The notes under the pieces were generated by a model. It saw only the letters and a program-made list of their open reading frames with translations, had not been told where the DNA came from and ran no database searches. A DNA stretch of 64,000 bases from Guillardia theta CCMP2712. Lineage: Eukaryota; Protista; Cryptophyta. The stretch spans positions 305,109 to 369,108 of the forward strand of contig NW_005434628.1 of assembly GCF_000315625.1 (NCBI RefSeq), given 5' to 3'. The position numbers and the translations under genes were made by a program. Shown piece after piece: positions 60,149 through 64,000 of the stretch; the first letter of the stretch is position 1; each line of letters opens with the position of its first letter.

Positions 60149-61890
60149 ATGTCCTTCCGGAGACGGAGGAACACGATGACGTCGGAGCATGTGCACTCAA
60201 GAAGCATGACCTCCCTCACGGATGTCCCGGAATCCCTTGGACGTTTCCTGTCTAAGGGCAGGAGGAGTTCAGTCTCTCAGGCAACATGCATGCCAAGGAA
60301 CAACTCGTTTTCCTCCTTCTCCACTCTGGAGCTTCCCAAGGAGGATCTGGAGACCCTTTCCACTGCGACTACTCCGACCAAGAGTACCCAGAGGCCTCAG
60401 AACCTCACCTACCAGTGGGAGCACACAGAGGAAGTATTCAGCCTGGCACGCATTGCCTCTTCCCTGAGACCCAACGAGCCCCTGTGCGTTCTTGAAGGTA
60501 GGCCTTGCCTCCTTTTCTGTGCCGACATCACGGTCTTATGTTTTGTTGAACAGACCGCCTGTACTTTATGACAACACAAGCACCAGTAACTGCGAAGCAT
60601 GGACAGTACTTCTTCACCATGGATGGCGTGATGAGCTACATGCCATTCTGCGCCGACTTCGGGCCGTTCAACCTGGGCATGACCAAGCACTTCCTTGACA
60701 CGTTTGAAGACATGCTGAGACGAGCAGAAATGAAGAGCCTCAAGCTCGTGTACTATACCTCCACCAACCCCTGCGACGTGTCGAACGCCATCTACCTGCT
60801 CGGGACTTTCCTGATTCTCCAACTTGGGGTCTCCCCGCAGGACGCCTGGTTCCCTTTCTCGCAAATATCGAGCAAGGCGATCAGATTGTACAGGGACGCG
60901 ACTTGGGTGCCCAGCACGTACGACCTTCACATCACGGACTGCTGGGCAGGGCTGCTCAAGGCCGTGAAGACAGGGTTGTTCAACTACAAGACTTTCGACA
61001 AAGACGAGTACTTCTACTATGACAATCCAGACAATGGTGACATGCATGAGGTTCTCAAGGGGAAATTCTTTGCGTTCAAGGGGCCGTCAGGTAGGAGAAA
61101 ATACCTCGGGTCAGGTCGTTACACCCTCCTCCCATCGGACTACTTCGACGTGTTCAGATCCAAGAACATCAAGACGGTCGTGCGGCTCAACAATAAGGAG
61201 TACGATAGGAACGTCTTTGTACAGTCAGGGTTCCAACATCACGATCTCTTCTTCACAGATTGCACAACTCCTTCCGATACCATTGTTGACAAGTTTCTGC
61301 GCATCGCGGAGGGAGCAGAAGGCTCGCTTGCCGTTCACTGCCTGGCTGGATTAGGGAGGACGGGGACTCTGATCGCGCTCTACATGATGAAGCATCTTCA
61401 GTTTACGGCCAACGAGGCCATGGCCTGGCTCAGAATCGTTCGTCCAGGAAGCGTCATCGGTCCCCAGCAGCAGTACCTGCAGGATCAGCAGGCCAGGATG
61501 TGGAACCTCGGGCAGAAGAAGGTGGCTGGGCTCGGGGTCACGATAGGGCTGAAAGACAGTGAGGTGGGACAGGAGATCTCGGGCAAGGCGGCGGTGCTAG
61601 CGGACATGGTGACCAAGGGCATGCTGAACAGGGACGTCATGAGGGACGGGAAGCAGTCGCGGCAAGAAGAAGGCCCTTCAATGCCAACAAAGGGGACGCC
61701 AACCAAGAGTTTGCGGATGAGCCAGCGAGGGGAGTGGAAGAGCTGCCTGAAGGATCTCTCAGTGGACGAACCGAAGGACTCACTCTCCTCCTCCCAATCT
61801 GGTTCCAAGGGAACGCGGACTGTGCGCTTTTGCTCCACACCTCCTGCTGGGAAGGCGATGGAAGCGGCGAGGAAGTTGCGCGTGAGATAA
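60149..61890 (+). CDS. CDC14: Cdc14-family dual-specificity protein phosphatase
   Basis: Intron 60498-60553 joins to EDRLYF; YMPFCADFGPFNLG, YRDA, YYDNPDNGDM, KFFAFKGP, VVRLNNKEYD, HHDLFFTDCTTPS, active site VHCLAGLGRTG, WLRIVRPGSVIGPQQQYL. Confidence 0.95.
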
Positions 61891-62069
61891 CGGGCCGATC
61901 ATGTTGAATTTATTGTTTCTGTGAATACTGCAAATGTTGACATGAGTGTATGATTGAATAAGCAAGTTTGCAAGATAAACTTGATGGCTCACGACGCTCG
62001 AGTGTTGTTTGAAGCTCCGGAAAGTCAAAGCTCCTCCACTGAGATGCATGGCATGCGCTTTAAGACGTC

Positions 62070-63272
62070 TCATGAGGTAGAAGCAAGAGCTCGTGCGGGC
62101 TGTCCCTCCCGCTGCCTATCCCTCCACCTTGGTTCGACCCAAGGAACGTGCTCGACGGGAGGGAGCGGCGACTTGCCAAGAATGAGATCAGCGGCCTGAA
62201 GGAAGAGGATAAGGATCTTGAAGAGAGTGCTCCCCCAGCATCAGCAAGGAAGCAAGGCAAGCGTTGCTTAAGTCGAGAACTGGGAGGGAAGAGAGGAGAG
62301 AGGAGAGGAGAGGAGCGGAGAGGAGAGGGTGATCAGAGCGGAGAGGAGGGAGGAGAGGACGCTTGATAGAGGAGAAGAGTGCAACAAGCAAAGCAGGAGA
62401 GTGAGAGAGGAGTAGAGAATATTTCTTTCACCTTCTCTGCAATCATGATCGTCGGGCCATTCAAGTTTCCGTTGGTTATTCTCGGCATGATGGAAGAGTC
62501 GACGACCCGCAGGTTTTGCAGCCCGTGGACCCTGAGAGGAGGCGTAAAGTGAAGCGGGGAAACAAGTAAAGAACAACTGGGGGGATGATAAGAGAAGAGG
62601 AGGAAAAGAGGTACGTAGCGATACTTGGGGACAAGATCATTAAGTAGGGGGGACCGTGGGGGACAGGCAGAGGACGAGTTTGTGAGGAGGAGGAGGAGGA
62701 GGAGGAGGAGGAGGAGGAGGAGGAGGAGGAGGAGGAGGAGGAGGAGGAGGAGGAGGAGGAGGAGGTGGTGGTGGTGGTGGTGGTGGTGGTGGTGGAGGAG
62801 GAGGAGGAGGAGGACAAAAGTGGAATCTTTGGAAAGAGGGAGGGAGGGAGGGAGGGAGGGAGGGAGGGAGAGAGGTTAACACGAGTTCACGCTGACTCGA
62901 AGAATGAACAAGAGAGCGAAAGAGGAGGAAGAACCAGGCACTGGCACAAGCAATAAAACCATAATACCTGAGATGGCTGTCGACGACGTCGAATTGATTT
63001 CCCTTGCCCATCTTGCAAGTTCCGCAAGGATGATAAGCACTTTCAACCTGGAGGGGTTGAGAAGTTACAGCAGAGAAGGAGAGAGGGGGAGCAAAGAGAA
63101 CATCATGAGATAACATGACAGGACGGAGGAGAAGGAGGAGAGGAAATATTTGCAGGTCGCGACAAGAGGGAGGGAAAGATCTTTGCTGCCTCGTCCCCTT
63201 ACCTTCTGTCGCACCGCTTCATCGATATCTTGATCGGACAGCACTTGTGCTCCGGGCGAGATCTCCTCTCCT
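62070..63272 (-). CDS. Choline dehydrogenase (GMC oxidoreductase), C-terminal exons
   Basis: Four exons: [24 protein letters not shown] / [21 protein letters not shown] / [33 protein letters not shown] / [24 protein letters not shown]. Confidence 0.9.
62684..62872. repeat. Intronic (GGA)n/(GGT)n/(GGGA)n compound microsatellite
   Basis: Directly visible. Confidence 0.95.
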
Positions 63273-63329
63273 CTACCACCCAGGGGCCTCAGCAAGTGCC
63301 GAGGACGCCATCCCTCGCACTCATCCATC

Positions 63330-63411
63330 CTCCCCTCCCCTCTCTCCTCCCTGTCTCTCCCTGTCTCTCTCTCTCTCCCTCTTCCTGCACCCCGCCCTCT
63401 CTCTTCCTCTC

Positions 63412-63445
<34 letters not shown>

Positions 63446-63483
63446 TCTCTCTCTCTCTTTCTCTGTCTCTCCCCCCCCCTCTC

Positions 63484-63525
<42 letters not shown>

Positions 63526-63615
63526 TTCCTCTCTCTCTTCCTCCGTCCCTCCGTCCCTCCGTCCTCTTCCTCTCCGGCCCTCCGTCCCTCCGTCCCTCCG
63601 TCCCTCCGTCCCTCC
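63330..63615. repeat. (CT)n and (CCCTCCGT)n low-complexity tract
   Basis: Directly visible. Confidence 0.95.
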
Positions 63616-63619
63616 GGGT

Positions 63620-64000
63620 TGCTTGATTTTTCTATCTCATGCATCTTGAAATGAAGATCGACCAGGTGCTGTTGATGACTGATATCACAAGCTTGTTTTG
63701 CTCGCGAAAGAAGATTGTGAAAGCATTCATCCTCTTTCACTTTCAAAGGCACTTGAAGATCAAGCCTCAAATTCTTCAAGCTTGATTGAAGTACATGATC
63801 TCGTTCTCTCTTCAATGCATACCATTCTTCGGGTAGGTCAAAGAGGTGAGCAAGCTTGGCCTCTGCTTCTCTTAGCTCTTCATGCAACTCTTTGACATTG
63901 TTTTCTTCCCAACAGACAATGCTCTCTTGGACTTGAAGCAATCTTCTCGATGCACAGTTAGATGTAGATTCAGGGGTTGACTCTCCATGATCATCATCAA
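63620..64000 (-). CDS. Unassigned helical coding-like segment, not recognisably GMC
   Basis: Open frame ..VKELHEELREAEAKLAHLFDLPEEWYALKRERDHVLQSSLKNL.. near the window edge. Confidence 0.3.

Overview
Gene-dense, intron-rich eukaryotic nuclear DNA with short (~45-60 nt) GT/GC-AG introns, purine/pyrimidine microsatellites in introns and one 100-N gap. The style and gene content suggest a flagellated alga with a complex plastid, such as a cryptophyte (inference). Genes in order: TTLL10-like tubulin glycylase, probably fused to an N-terminal EF-hand region (-); UVR-UVR-ApaG protein with a bipartite-like leader (+); PH + single-domain voltage-gated channel + EF-hand (-); TRPM-like channel (+); degenerate TRP/polycystin-like membrane protein (-); TPR protein (-); a GT77-like glycosyltransferase (-) with an inverted pseudogene copy (+); an orphan gene present twice as a ~1.1-kb inverted repeat; C2-domain protein (-); Sfi1-like repeat protein (-); a giant (>3,000 aa) modular LRR protein (-); beta-helix + SAM protein (+); polyamine oxidase (+); Cdc14 phosphatase (+); 3' part of a choline dehydrogenase (-). 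Most unusual observations: (1) the young pseudogene has four small insertions that can all be written ending in CG against only three substitutions, and CGG/CCG-saturated patches recur in intergenic DNA, suggesting a sequence-biased insertion process; (2) two adjacent tail-to-tail duplications both stop just past the stop codon and have ~0.9-kb spacers; (3) a candidate structured ncRNA at ~22.2-22.4 kb; (4) an LRR protein built from ~18-20 individually capped cassettes. Ends of multi-exon genes were read by eye and are approximate.
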